NCBI RefSeq assembly: GCF_009914755.1
Contig: NC_060941.1
Origin: the human T2T-CHM13v2.0 reference genome, Homo sapiens
DNA length: 64,000 nt
Strand: one strand, 5' to 3'
Position numbers and translations under genes: made by a program. Shown in pieces: positions 1-15,176 of this stretch. How positions within the stretch are numbered: position 1 is the stretch's first letter; each line of letters opens with the position of its first letter. The notes beneath the pieces are model-generated. The model worked only from the letters and a program-made list of their open reading frames with translations. It was not told the DNA's origin and searched no databases.

Positions 1-812
<812 letters not shown>

Positions 813-1550
813 GCAATGCCTTTCTCAGGGAGAAAGAAGATTCATTAGGGATCATTTGTTTTGGCATCAGCAGCCCAGTTTTCTTGTCTTTTCCTCACTA
901 TTGCTATTGTTTTTTTCCCTATATGCCAATGTCTGCCTTTTTTCCCCATAGCTGAGGAAATGGAGGCTCTGTGCACAGTCTTGCTGGTGGGGGTGGTAGG
1001 AAGAGGGTCACACTCTGCAATGCATGTTTATCCCTCTCAGGCATCTGGCGGAGCAGCCGAAATGGGGCAGAATCCCAGGGGCAGCTCTCTAAGACATGGG
1101 TATAACATGCTGGAAACCCTGTGCTTAGCAGTGGGCTTACTGCATGGCCTCTTAATGCTGGGAGGGTGCCCGCCTCTAGCAGCGGGACCATGACTCCTTT
1201 CTGACGCTGGGGACCCCCAATCCTGGAGCTAGTCTGTCTAGAGAAGGGGAAATGGTGCCTGGAGGCCCCTGTGCCATGAGTACATCCCACGGCTTTTCTG
1301 GCTTCTCCCTGGGCAGTCCAGAGGCCTGTTTTGCTCCTTCTCTTGTCCTGGTTCTAGTGGCTTTCGGAAGAGCTGAGTGAGTGGGGGGCCTCCATGGATG
1401 GGGAATCTAGGCTGTGGACTGCAGTAGGCACACAGCTGTGTTGTTGAGACTCGAGGCATCTTCCGGTGCTCAGGTGGTTTGTTTTTGTTTTTGTTTTCTT
1501 TAAACCAATGTTTTTCAATTGGGGGATGCGTTGTAAGAAATACTGAAGCC

Positions 1551-1926
<376 letters not shown>

Positions 1927-4900
1927 CTAGGAGATTCTGATGCCTAGCCTAGCCTTAAGAACCACTGTCCCAGCTTGGAATGGGAAGCTTCTGGCATGTC
2001 CAGGGCATCCCACGTGCTGCTTTGAGGCCCACAGGCCTGTCTAGGCAGGTGGCATTGTTTGGTGTGGGAAGTGACTGCCACACTGTCCTGCAGGACCCAT
2101 CCTGGCATGTGTTGTGGCTGAACCAGGCTGGTGGTCAGTGTCTCAGGGCAGGTGGCCCCAGCCCGTGGCGGGTGTGGAAAGTATTTTTGGATTGGCGTTA
2201 CTTCTGGGAATAACAGCAGTACCCAGGGATGGGGTATTGAAAGAGTTGGCCAGTGGGGCAGCTTTGACCTTTGGGGAGGCCTCAGACCCACACTGTCGTG
2301 TGCTGGAGAGGTGCAGAGGAGTGGCTAGGCGTCGCTCTCCTCAACTGCACTGTGCTGGAACGATGAGGAGGCCCCTTAACTCAGCCTGGAGGGTGGGAGG
2401 CTCCTGGCCTGTGGCTTCTGACTCTGCCACGGGTTATTTCCCTGAAGTGGCTTTGATAAACGTGAGCTGACTCCCCAGTTACCGCTGAAACAGAAACACC
2501 CAACCTGCTTTTCTGGGGCGTCTTGCCTTTTCCCGGACTGATGTGCTTCTGCCACTCCCTCTCTCCTGCCCTGGTGTGGGTGGTGTTGGGTCGGGGCGGG
2601 GGGTGCCCTGCAACCCAGGAGTGCTGGATGAGTGGGAAATTGGGGATGATCTTACAGCTGGATCCCAGGGCACGTGCCCATGTGGGGGATGGGATTGGGG
2701 GAGAGTTGGCAGAGGTGGGTGAGGGATGGATGGTGTGTGGAGGGGGCTGCTGCTGAGCAGAGGGGCTTCACCCTAAAGCCAGGAACCAGAGGTCAGAGGT
2801 CACTTGATGCTGAAGTGAGAGGCGAGGGTCCTTCCCTGCTCAGTGGTTGTGTCCCCAGTGGGATCTTAAGTCAGCACCTCTTCAGGCCCATCTTTTGATG
2901 GTCACTTCCTCCAGGGCAGCGTGTGTCAGGTGAGAGATGAGTGGGCAGCCGCAGGGTGCTTGTGGATTTCGATGGCTGGCCCAGTGGACCATTCATTTCC
3001 TGACTGTCTGCCCTTTGCAAGGCACTTGCTGGGTACAGGCTCTGTGCCTCCTTGGGTGTGTCTGTGTTTGGGCCCCAGAAAATTCCTGCCGGTGGCTATG
3101 CACTGATACCTCCACTCCCTTACTCAGGTCCTGTAGGACAGGCCTGGGCTGATCTCAGCTCCTCCTGCTCCCAGAAGCCCTTGGGCAGAGACAGGTAGCC
3201 AGGACTCTGTGGATTCTAGATCCTTGCCCCTCAGACAGCACTCTGCTGTCAGCACAGCACTCTCTGGGAGCCAGGCAACAAGAGGCTTCACGGAGTGACT
3301 GTGTTGAACTTGCTGGTGGCCCCATGAGTGTGGTGATGCAAGGAAGAGCAGCGTGGGGGGAAGAGGCACCTTCTCATGTAAAATGACCCCGTGGCTCAGC
3401 AGCTGCCAGTGGATTTCAGTGCAGTCTGGTGACAGAAAATTCAGAGGGCTGGCCTTTATTCTTAAGGGTTTTCTGTGTTGTCAAGTATTGCCAGGACTGT
3501 CTGGCAGTTGCTTAGATGCCTTGTTGGAAAGATTCTTGTGTGATAACCATTTGCCGATCGTTCAACAGCCTGATACACCTCTTTTGCATACTATGCTGAT
3601 TTCTTAACATATTTTATCTATCAATCAGTCAATCAGTCTATCATGTATCTCTATCACATTTCAATAAATTGAGCTGTTTCAAAGAACCAGAGGAACACTC
3701 AACTATTTAAAGGCATGCACTAGAGACTTCTTTTGCAATATGGTTTATCTATTTCATTCTTATTTGGATTTTTGTAAAGGGTGCCTATTCAGAATACTCA
3801 GGAGAAGCCATGCAAGTGTGATTTGGCATAGGGATTACTAGACTTGAAGTCTAGAAGCCTGGTTCTGAGTCCACATTTACCTGTGGCCACAGCTGAGGGG
3901 CCTGGCTTAACCTCTTTCCTGTGCAGTCGGGGGGATGGCTCTAGATTGTCAGGAGGACACGGGGAACAGGGCTGATATTTGACTTTCTATAAAATAACCG
4001 TATGGTTCCTAGGCCAGGTGAGGCACCTTGGTGGGGCGCGTGGAGGTTGAAATCACACTGGGGGCCGAGGGCTGCTGCGCGTCCCTGAGCGAATAGATTG
4101 GCAGAAGGGAGTGGGGTGGGGGCCTTGGATCCCTTGGTGCCGTGTCTCTGGCCTTGCTCCCTGTAGTTCTGTTGCGCTGATTCGGTCGTGAAGGAAGGTG
4201 CTGCCAGGCCGCTTCACCTGCATCGCCTTGGCTTTGGGAGGTGGGGCTGAGTGGGCATCTGGGTTGGATCTCAGGCAGGTGGCAGTTCCTCTGATTCATG
4301 GTTGTCAGTTTCCTGTTGCCTGGCCCTCGCTCCTCGCCCAGTAGGTGTGGTGGGACAAGGTTCTGGGAGCTGGGGTAGAATTTGGACTCTTAACGGGAAG
4401 TGCCTCGTGCTGCCGCAGACACATCTGGATGGGTGCTGAGCTTTCCTTCCCAAGCCTGGTCCTGATCGGGGGTGGGGTACAGGCAGGAGCAGCCCGGCCT
4501 TGTCAGCCGTTGAAAGTGTGGTATCTGCTGGGTTGCCAGTAAGCTCGCTTCGAGGTCTTGAGAGGCAGTGCAGGGGAGGCTGAGTATGAACCGTGTCAAG
4601 CCAGTTCTTATGTCTCTCTTCATCTTTCTGCTCCATGGAGGTGAGGGACAGAGTGAGTGGTGCCCATCCCATTATCACATTCAGGCAGGAACCATGCTGT
4701 GCTGAGCCAGGCTGTGTCCATCTGCTGGGACATGGGCTCTGCCCTCCGGCGTGCATTTCATGAGGAAGATCAGAAAGTGAGTTTTAGCATGTTGACTTCC
4801 ATTTCTTCTGGACGCAGTATTCTAGCACTAACAACACAATGTGGGTGGCTAGGGCGGAGCAGGTGTTGGATTAAGAGATTTCTGGCTCATGCTGACAGGG

Positions 4901-5334
4901 AAATCTGTTAATGGTTGTGAGAATGTCACTATTTTTATTGCCTTCCTGATAGGCCAATTGGCGTTCTGCCCAAAGGTGAACTGATGGTGAGAGGCGGGCA
5001 GCCCCACCCTGTTTGCCTAGGCCACACGTGAGGCGGCTCTCCCCTGGGCACCCAGTGGGTGTGGTAGGGGTGCTGTGCCCGTGCAAATTGCTTGCTTCAG
5101 GCTGAGCACACACACCAGCCTGTGGGCCCTTACAGTTTCTCAGAGCTGTACTAATGTCAGAGCAGGTGAGTGCTTATCCTGTAAGGATAAGCCTGTGATG
5201 TCTTCTGTCCCCTCCGTGTTTTTACTGGAGTCTGAGAACCCTGTAAGATTTATTGCAGAATACTGTGGGAGTGCTTGAGGGAGGAGTATGTGTTCATGCA
5301 TGTACTCTTAAAATGTTCATACACTTCTGCCTTA

Positions 5335-6281
<947 letters not shown>

Positions 6282-7411
6282 GTCAGAGCTTTTTTTACAC
6301 TTAATTTGACCTTTTTTGGGAGAGACATTATTACTCTCAGTTTGTTTATTTCATTCAAACAGATATCTAACAAATACCAGCTGTGTCCCAGGCATCATTC
6401 GGGACATTGGGAATGGGTCACTGGGTACCAGACAGACTAACTCCCTGCCCTCCTAAGGCTTATACTTTGATGGAAAGCAGATAATAAGCAGATGCGTCTC
6501 TACAAATATCGGAACGAGCTACGAAGAGCAGAGCAAGAGAAGGCTCCAGGCTGCTGCAGGATCTGTTACAAGGGGGCTCAGGGAGGGCCTCTCTGAGGAG
6601 TAGACACTCGGGCAGTTGGCCTGAGTGAAGAGGGAGCATCCATGCCACCGTCTGGGGCCGGAGTTTCCTGGCAGAGGGGAGAGAAATGAGGAGCCTCCTC
6701 GACCACATGGGGCTTGCAGAACAGCAGGGGCGCTGGGAGTGGTGGGCACTGAGATTGGAGGGTGGGCAGGGCCTATTGGAAAGGGCCCAGAAGCCATGGC
6801 ACGCTGCCATGGAGGCCAGGAGTGCCGAGGCCTGGATCAGCCTTCCGCAGGGCAGTATGACTGTGCAGAAGAGCAGGGGCAGGCGTCCTTTCTGAAGAGG
6901 AGGCCCAGAGCTGGGAGGCAGCAGCAGTCCCAACTCCAGGTCCTCCTCTGGTGTCCCCGCGACACTTGATTTATAGTGAGTGAGTGTGGAGTAGCAGCCG
7001 CCTCTGCTTCCCCTGCACCCTGCCCTCTCTGGCACCCAGGGCTGCAGTATTTATCTCTGCCCCATGAACTGCCAGCAGTCAGTCCCTTCCCAAAAGCACT
7101 TGGTCCGCAGAGGGCTGCTTCCTCCCTCCCCAGGCTATCGTTCCTGCTGCACGTCTCCCTCATCTGATGGTTCCTGGAATAGTAAAGATGTCAGGCCCAA
7201 AGGTCAGGCCCTGGGATGAAGAGTCGGGCGTGATAACCAGTTTACAGCCTTGGACTGGGAAACAGATTTCCCGACAGCGAGTCCCAGGCCTGATAGTCTT
7301 AGCCCTGTGTATACACAGCCTGACATCCTGACTGGTGGTGCGGGTCTGACCGGAGCTCCAGACCGCTCAGGCCTAGAGCGAGGGAGATGAAACAGAACTA
7401 AAGGGCTCCTG

Positions 7412-7517
7412 CTTTTTTTTTTTTTTTTTTTTTTTTTTTTTGAGATAGGGTTTCTCTCTGTTGCCCAGGCTGGAGTGCAGTGGGGGTAATCTTAGCTCAC
7501 TGCAGGCTTGACCTCTG
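7412..7517 (-). mobile_element. Truncated Alu (3' end only)
   Basis: polyT followed by gagatagggtttctctctgttgcccaggctggagtgcagtgg. Confidence 0.8.
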
Positions 7518-10389
7518 TAAGGGCTTTTAGATTCCCCTTCTCCCGTTGGAAACTTCCCAGTTGTCCTCAGGGCACAGACCAATGGCTAAAACTGACTTGT
7601 GAGCTGAAATCTTGAAAAACCATTGTTCCCAGCTGCCCTGGCCTGTGGGGCATGCTGGGGTGTGGGCATCTCACAGCAGCACCCCGTGGCATCTCTGGAC
7701 CTGGCAGGTGCTTGACTCATGCTGTCTACTTAGGGCTCCCCAGAGGGCATCAGACTGGCCTGTGGTCGTTATTTTCTTTCTGATGGAGAAAGATTGCAGT
7801 GCAAATAATTCTGGCGGGGAAGTTGTTGGGCAGTCTCAGGTATGTTGAAAACGTGAGCTACCTCTCAAATCCTGAGCACTCACCTGCTGAAAAACCCTTA
7901 TTCTTTCTATATGGGAAACATAGATAGACATAGAGACTGTCTACAGATACGTATACAGTCTATCTTGGGGTCAGGAATGAGCAATAGATGGAGAAGCGGT
8001 TGTGCGTATGATGAAGTTGTGCACTGGAGGTGGCCTGTCTGCCTCAGCGCTGGCCTCTAGGTGGCCTCATAAAGAACCGAGCCAGTGCTTAGGTGGATTT
8101 GGCAAATAAAAAGCATGTGTAGAACCACGCACCTCCAGCCTTCCCCACCAGATTCTGTGGTCTAGGAGCTGTGGGGTGGACACCGAGTCATGGTGGCGTG
8201 ACACAGAGCAGCCTGACCCTCGTCACCCATGTGGGCGTGTGGCCTTCCTACTCATCACTGTCAGTCTTCCCTCAGTGGGCTCAGGAGATCCAGCTGGACA
8301 AGCCACACTGAACAGACCCACTGTTTTAAGAGGCTGATCTTGTCATCAGAAAAGTTGGAATGAGCAATGGCAGGTGGGAGGAAGCTCCTGTCTCAGGTCT
8401 GAGGCTGGCGGACGCCTGCCTTGCACCTTGTCTTGCCAGCTCCATGCTCTGGGGAAGAGGGGGTGGGAGGGGGGCTCTGTGTACGAGGGGCCATGAGTGC
8501 TGTTCGGCTTGGACCAACCTGGGCAGCGTGAGCCATCTGGATCAGAGCCACCAGGGGAAGGGGGCAGCCTGCCCACACCTGTGGTCCTGTGAACGGCCTG
8601 CACGGCCAGTGGCCCAGCGGAGCGGTACTGTTTATGGCACAATGCACACAGGCCAGCAAGTGGCTTTGATGTGGCCCTTGGAGGGGTGGAGACGAGCCCA
8701 TTACAGGAACAGGCGTAGGGCCTCGTCACCTCTTACCCAAGATGTTCTTGGAAATGCTCTTGCTCTGAGTGAAGATTAGGAAACCGTCTTCTATTTTAGG
8801 AGCCTGGTGTATGTTACATACTGTGTTGACTCGCCCATGACAGTTGTGTGGGTCCTTTGAAAGGGGTGTGTCAGTGGGGGAGAACTTGACACCCCATGGG
8901 GAGGGGCAACTCGGGGATGCTGGGATGAGTGCAGGGCACCCCAGAGGAGCCCGTGGCCACCTGCTTGCCCTCACTCACAGCTGCTCACACCACTTAAACT
9001 TGATCACACCTGCTTGCTCTTGCCCACAGCCACTCGCTCTTGCTCACACCTGCTCCCCCTCCCTCACACCTGCTCACTCTCATTACCTTCTCACCCCCAC
9101 TCACACCTGCTCACACTGACATCAGGCAGGAAGCATTCTTGGTGCTGGTGAAGGGCAGCACGGAGAGAAGTCTTGAGCTCAGGCCGAGCCTGGGTGCCCT
9201 GTGGGAGGAAGGGCGTCTCAGGCAGCACGTGTCCTTGGGATGCTAGGTCTTGGTAACAGTCTTTTTAGAAGTAGTTCTGATGGGTGCTGGGCTGCGGGAG
9301 TCGGCCCTGGACCTCGGGAAGTTGTGGAACGGGGCGCAAAACTGTGCTTGTCATCTCAGGTAACACGTCAGTATTCTGAGGACGCCTGTGGCCTTGTTAC
9401 AGAAATGGCCTCGTAGTGTGGCCCCCCCTGCCACACAGTGGCACCCCGTGCCCTGCTTTTTCTCCAACTGTGATACTGACTGGCTCATTTCCCAGCAAAA
9501 AGGGGGATATTGTTCTCTGGGTGTGACAGAAACTTACAGGGCCCTTTAGCTTTCTCCTCCATTGTCTTTTCCAGCCAGGAAGTCCCTGGGCCCTGTGGGC
9601 AGTGATGGCAGAGGTCCCAGGCCTGGACCCCCTTTGTCCTCACAGGGTTTTGGTGCATCAGCAACTTGAAATAGGGAGGCTGGGTCAGGGAGACTCACTA
9701 CATGTTCCTCAGTCAGAAGGGCACAGACGGCCTACCCAGGACCTGTAAGGCAGCCAGCCTTCAAGGCAGACCTGTTCTTACCAGCCACTTTTGCCACCCC
9801 GCGTGACAACCCCACATCTGCTGGCTTGGGTCGCGTGGTTGTCCTTCACCATCTGCCGTGTTGCGCGCTGAGGTGGCTGCTTCTGAGAAGCACGCGTGAG
9901 CTGATTCTCAGTGCTCACAGGAAGGGATGGCCAGTGCAGGCTCTGAGCTTAGCAGGCAGGGTCAGCAGGTCTGGATGTGCAGAGGCAGTTCAGAGTGGGG
10001 TTCGAGGCCCTGAGCTCTCTGGGGAGAGGCTCAGTGGGCAGCTGGGCAGGGGTGTATGAGAGCAGGTCGGCAGGTGGCGTCACCATGTTCCCTCTGGGAA
10101 AGCCTGCTTCTCGTCCTGCTTGGGACACAAGGCCACAGTGTGAATGGTGAAAGCAAAGACCAGCAGTTGAGCTGAGGCTGCGCCCTGATCCTGGGTCCCT
10201 GCTTCCTGCCGCGCCGGGGTGGGGGTGGAAGAGTGAGTCCTGGTGTGGCCTGTCCGCCGCTCTGCAGCAGCCCCTCGTGTCCAGGCACCCAGGGCAGGCC
10301 ACCTTTCTCTTAGATTGCAGCAGCGTGTGGAGAGGACTTTGGTAGATGCTGTGCTCATTTCCTGTCTGCACGTTTCCTTTTCCCCGCAG

Positions 10390-10538
10390 GCCTCTGGCTG
10401 TACCTGGCAGGGAGCAGCCTGCCCTGTCTCACGCTGATTGGCTCTCCTAATTTTGGGTACAGGTCAGTTCACCGGGACCTGGAGGCCCAGATTGCGATCG
10501 TGACGGAGAACCAGGCCCTGCAGCAGCAGCTTCACCAG
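10390..10538 (+). CDS. PGS1: PGS1 penultimate coding exon (probably exon 8)
   Basis: tttccttttccccgcag|GCCTC...CACCAG|gttggt; 149 nt; translates (G)LWLYLAGSSLPCLTLIGSPNFGYRSVHRDLEAQIAIVTENQALQQQLHQ, with the PLD-superfamily GSxN motif. Confidence 0.95.
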
Positions 10539-10838
10539 GTTGGTCGCAGCAAGTGGGATTTCCCAGGGCGCTGAGGGTGTGGCTGGGGGGCCCAGGCTCA
10601 CCCGTGCTGTGGGGCTGCCCTGAGAGCTGTTTCCTGAGGCAACGAGTGAGACTCAGAGCAGAGCAAGAAAGACTCTGGGTCTCCAAGAGTGCAGTGATGG
10701 GTGGCTGAGCCTTGGAAGATCATGCCTGTGACTTCCCAGACGCTTTGCACCCCACGTCCTGGGGACTTTTTCTTTCTCTGCACTAGGGGAGACCACCATT
10801 TTCTCCCTGGGACCTTTTCCTTTTAAGACAAAGGGTCA

Positions 10839-11227
<389 letters not shown>

Positions 11228-13439
11228 TTACCAGGAGTTGGTGAATGCTTCGGGATGACCCTCTATTTGATGACCTGTGACAGTGTGGTTAGACTTTTGA
11301 AATGGGAGCGTGTTACCCTTTTGTCTGAGACCTCGATGGTGCCTTGGGCTCATGAATTCGTGACCTTTGCAATAACACTTTTCCATGGAAGGCACCAACT
11401 TCCCTTTTCCATTCCTGGAGATGCAGATAACACTGCCGCAGGCCAGAGCCCAGAGGCATCGGACGGTAACTTTGTGAAGCTTTTATGCTCCAGGGTTTGG
11501 GAATAACTGTTGCAAAATTGTCAGAGCCTTTGTTGATGGACGAGGAAATGGTCACTGATGTGTTCCCTGGGATCTGTCCTCCTGCAGCCTGGGAATCTTG
11601 TCAGTGACTGATTGATTGGGGCCTTGGTGCCAGGAAAGGCTTCACGACCACGACAGGCGCAAGAGGAAGTGAAGCGGTCATCCTCTGGGTGGGCCAGTGG
11701 GGTAATGGGTTTGCTCAGGTTTCTTCCTACAGTGAGGTTTACAGCAAATGACTGAGGAAGCCCCCACAAGCTGAGAGATTCCAGTAATAGGGTGACAAGC
11801 TGGCCTTGGAGCCAGGCTAGTGGGAAAGACCTGAGCCTGCAGCTTTCAACAGCGGGCTTTCCTGGACTTCTACTTCAATTGCAGAGAGCCGTTCGCAGAG
11901 ACTTCCACTGTAGCTCTGTGCCAGGGCGGTAGAGAGTCCTTGGTGACTTTGGCCAGGGGCCAGGATGGGTTCTGCGTGGATCTGAGTTGCTTGGGGGAGC
12001 AAGTCCTCCAGGCCTGTGCCTGGGGTCCTGGTACTGACCGTCCTCCCCCACTGCCCTAGTAAGGGCACTGAACCCACATCCTGGATCTTGAGAAAAGCTG
12101 GGGCCGCCTGTGGTTAGCAGCTGCTTTCTCAAATGACATATTTGGGATATTTTCTTTTTCTTCCCAAACCTGAATCTCAGGGGCTTTTGCCTGTGGGAGG
12201 GTGGAGGGTGGTAGGTCTGCTACTGTAGCTCTTCCATTCTTTAGGGATAGACTGATTTCTCTGCCTGTGAAACGCAGAAATATGTTTCCAGATAATTCCA
12301 CCTATGCTTATATACTGGGACGGCAGCTGCTCTCCTGAGCCCTACAGTGCCCGGTCCCTAGAGGCCAAATCCTGCTGGGACTGCCCAGCCTCTAGCCTCC
12401 CCACAACCCAGAAAGTCCCTAAAGCCCCAGCCACCGTGGGCTCCCTGCTCTCTGAAGCTGTCTCTGGAGATCTGCTTGGGAATTCAGGGAGGGGCCCTCC
12501 TATTCATGTCACATTGGGCACTGGGAATGGGGAGATATTTTTATCAGAATCTGAAGCCCCTCCCTCCACTTAGTACATACAATAAACACTGAAAGCTTCC
12601 TGGTTTTGTTCAGGGAACACAGTTTACCACTTGTGACCCAAGAAAGACTCCCTCGAACAGCGTCGTAACCTCGTCAGCTGACTTCCTTCTCCATCCCTGT
12701 TGTGGAGTCTGTGAGGAAACCTAAGTGTTTCTGGTAATTTAGTTGCAATCTTGGCCGGGTATTCATTTGAAGACACAAAGCTGGAGCCAGGTCTGTGGAG
12801 ACTCCTGCAAACCAGCCCCCTGAGACCAGAGCTGGCTCTTCCATCAGGCACGTCCAGCCAGGGATTGGGACCTCAGCAGCAATTAGGAGGCCCCATGTCT
12901 GTGACACGCGGGGCTGCGGGGCTGCTCAGTTGGGAGTGTGGCATGGACCCACGATGGGGCCCACTGAGCATGGGACGGGGGCAGGGGGTAATGAAGTCGG
13001 GGCCTGGCTTTCCCCAGCTCTTGATGGGAAAAGCCAAGGCCACATTCTGTAGGGTTCTGGAGTGTGGGGTGACCCCTTCCTGACCCCCCGGGGCAGAGGA
13101 GTTGCCAGGGCTGTGTCCTCCCTCCCGGCCTCCTGAGCAGGGAGTGTGCCACTTTGAGTGGCACAGGCCACCGCTGCTGCTGTCCTGCGGTTGGCACTGT
13201 GCTTCTGTGGTCATCACCTGTGGTCCTCACGGCGGTGTGGATGTAGGTATGGCCCGGACATTACGGTGGAGAGCGCTGGAGACTCAGTGGAGGAGAGAGG
13301 GCTAGAGTCGCGGTGCAACTGTGTGAGCGCTGCCAGGCGCCCCACTGAGGACACTGAGGAGAGAGCACTTGGAGGGCAGACTCTTACAAGAGAAGCTTTT
13401 CAAAGATCCCAAACACCATTTCGGACAAAGCATATATAA

Positions 13440-13740
<301 letters not shown>

Positions 13741-14025
13741 GCATATATAAATGTTTTTAAACCTGTTTTTAAATATGAAATTAACATGTGTTCACTATAA
13801 AAATTAAGAAAAACAGAAAGAAACTAACCCTTTCTGTAGGGAAAACCACTGAAGCCATTGTGATGATTGGCTGCCTGCCTTCTGTGTACAGCGCACGGAG
13901 GCACAGCTTTAAGCATCAGATGACGATTCTGTCGTGTGTGTGTATTTCGTGTCCAGCTTCCTTTGCCTGCCGATTTCTGGGCACTTTCCCATATGATTAG
14001 GTCAACACTCTTCTCATGGCGAAAA

Positions 14026-14096
14026 CTGGTTTGTCATATGAGTTGTTAATAAGTTCGTGGTGAATGCTGGTTTGTCATATGAGTTGTTAATAAGTT
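14026..14096. repeat. Perfect 30-bp direct repeat with an 11-nt spacer
   Basis: CTGGTTTGTCATATGAGTTGTTAATAAGTT at 14026 and 14067. Confidence 0.9.
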
Positions 14097-14528
14097 GACT
14101 GTTGGACATTTAGGTGGTTTCCAGTTTTTCCTTGTTATAAATATTGTGATAAATATCTGTATATAAAAATCTTAGCGCATAGTGATTTTCTTGGGGTAAG
14201 CTCTTGCAAAGGGAGCTTTATAAGGTTCTTGATACCTGTTGCCAGAGCTCACTCTAGAGGATGACTTGTCCCCCTTGCCCTCAGCACTAAGCGTTCATCA
14301 GTGTGGGGGATAATGACATCACAGATGTCATTGGCACAAATTGGCTTTGTGCCAATTTGATAGAAGAAAAACTGTGTCTCATTTAAAAAATACCTCATTT
14401 TAATATGCATTACCTCGTTTAGTGAGGGTGAACATTTAAAATATTTTTTCCACCAGTTATATTTCTTCAACTCTAAATTGAAGAAATTTAGAGTCCTTTA
14501 CATGTCTTGGTCTTAAAAGCCTTTTGGG

Positions 14529-14821
14529 TTTTTTTTTTGAGACAAGGTCTCACTTTGCCACCCAGGCTGGATTGCAGTGGCAGCATCACAGCTCATGCAG
14601 CTTTGACCTCCCGGGCTGAAACCCTTGCCTACCTCAGCCTCCCAAGTTGCTGGGGCTACAGGCACACACCACCATACCCGGCTAATTTTTAGAATTTTTT
14701 CATAGAGATGATGTCTTCCCTGTGTTGCCCAGGGTGGCCTCAGACTCCTGAGCTCAAGCGATCCTCCTGTCTCAGCCTCCAAAAGTGTTGGGATTATAGG
14801 CTTTAGCCACTGTGCCCAGCC
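14529..14821 (-). mobile_element. AluJ-like element
   Basis: Diverged Alu with J-type ctcctgagctcaagcgatcctcc. Confidence 0.85.
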
Positions 14822-15056
14822 CTTAAAAGTCTTTAGGAACACGGCTTCTTAGCTTTTCTAAGGAATGTTTGACAGTGGCAACTTGTAGGGCCTGGCCTTG
14901 CCTGCCACCAGAGCACCCTGGGAATCTCTGGGCCAGGTAGACATGGGAAGTCAGGGTTTTCTGGGCTGGCCTGAGGGGCTGGGCTGGGGCCAGCCGGCCA
15001 TGTGGTGTGGTGCTGGAGGGGACTCCTCACTATTCCTGTCTGTTCCTCTTCCTCAG

Positions 15057-15176
15057 GAGCAAGAGCAGCTCTACCTGAGGTCAGGTGTGGTGTCCTCTGC
15101 CACCTTCGAGCAGCCGAGTCGCCAGGTGAAGCTGTGGGTGAAGATGGTGACTCCACTGATCAAGAACTTCTTCTGA
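15057..15176 (+). CDS. PGS1: PGS1 last coding exon (probably exon 9); exon continues 10 nt past the stop, to 15186
   Basis: ttcctcttcctcag|GAGCAA; EQEQLYLRSGVVSSATFEQPSRQVKLWVKMVTPLIKNFF*; in frame with the upstream exon; candidate donor CAG|gtgctg at 15187. Confidence 0.95.
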   Translation, partial: EQEQLYLRSGVVSSATFEQPSRQVKLWVKMVTPLIKNFF

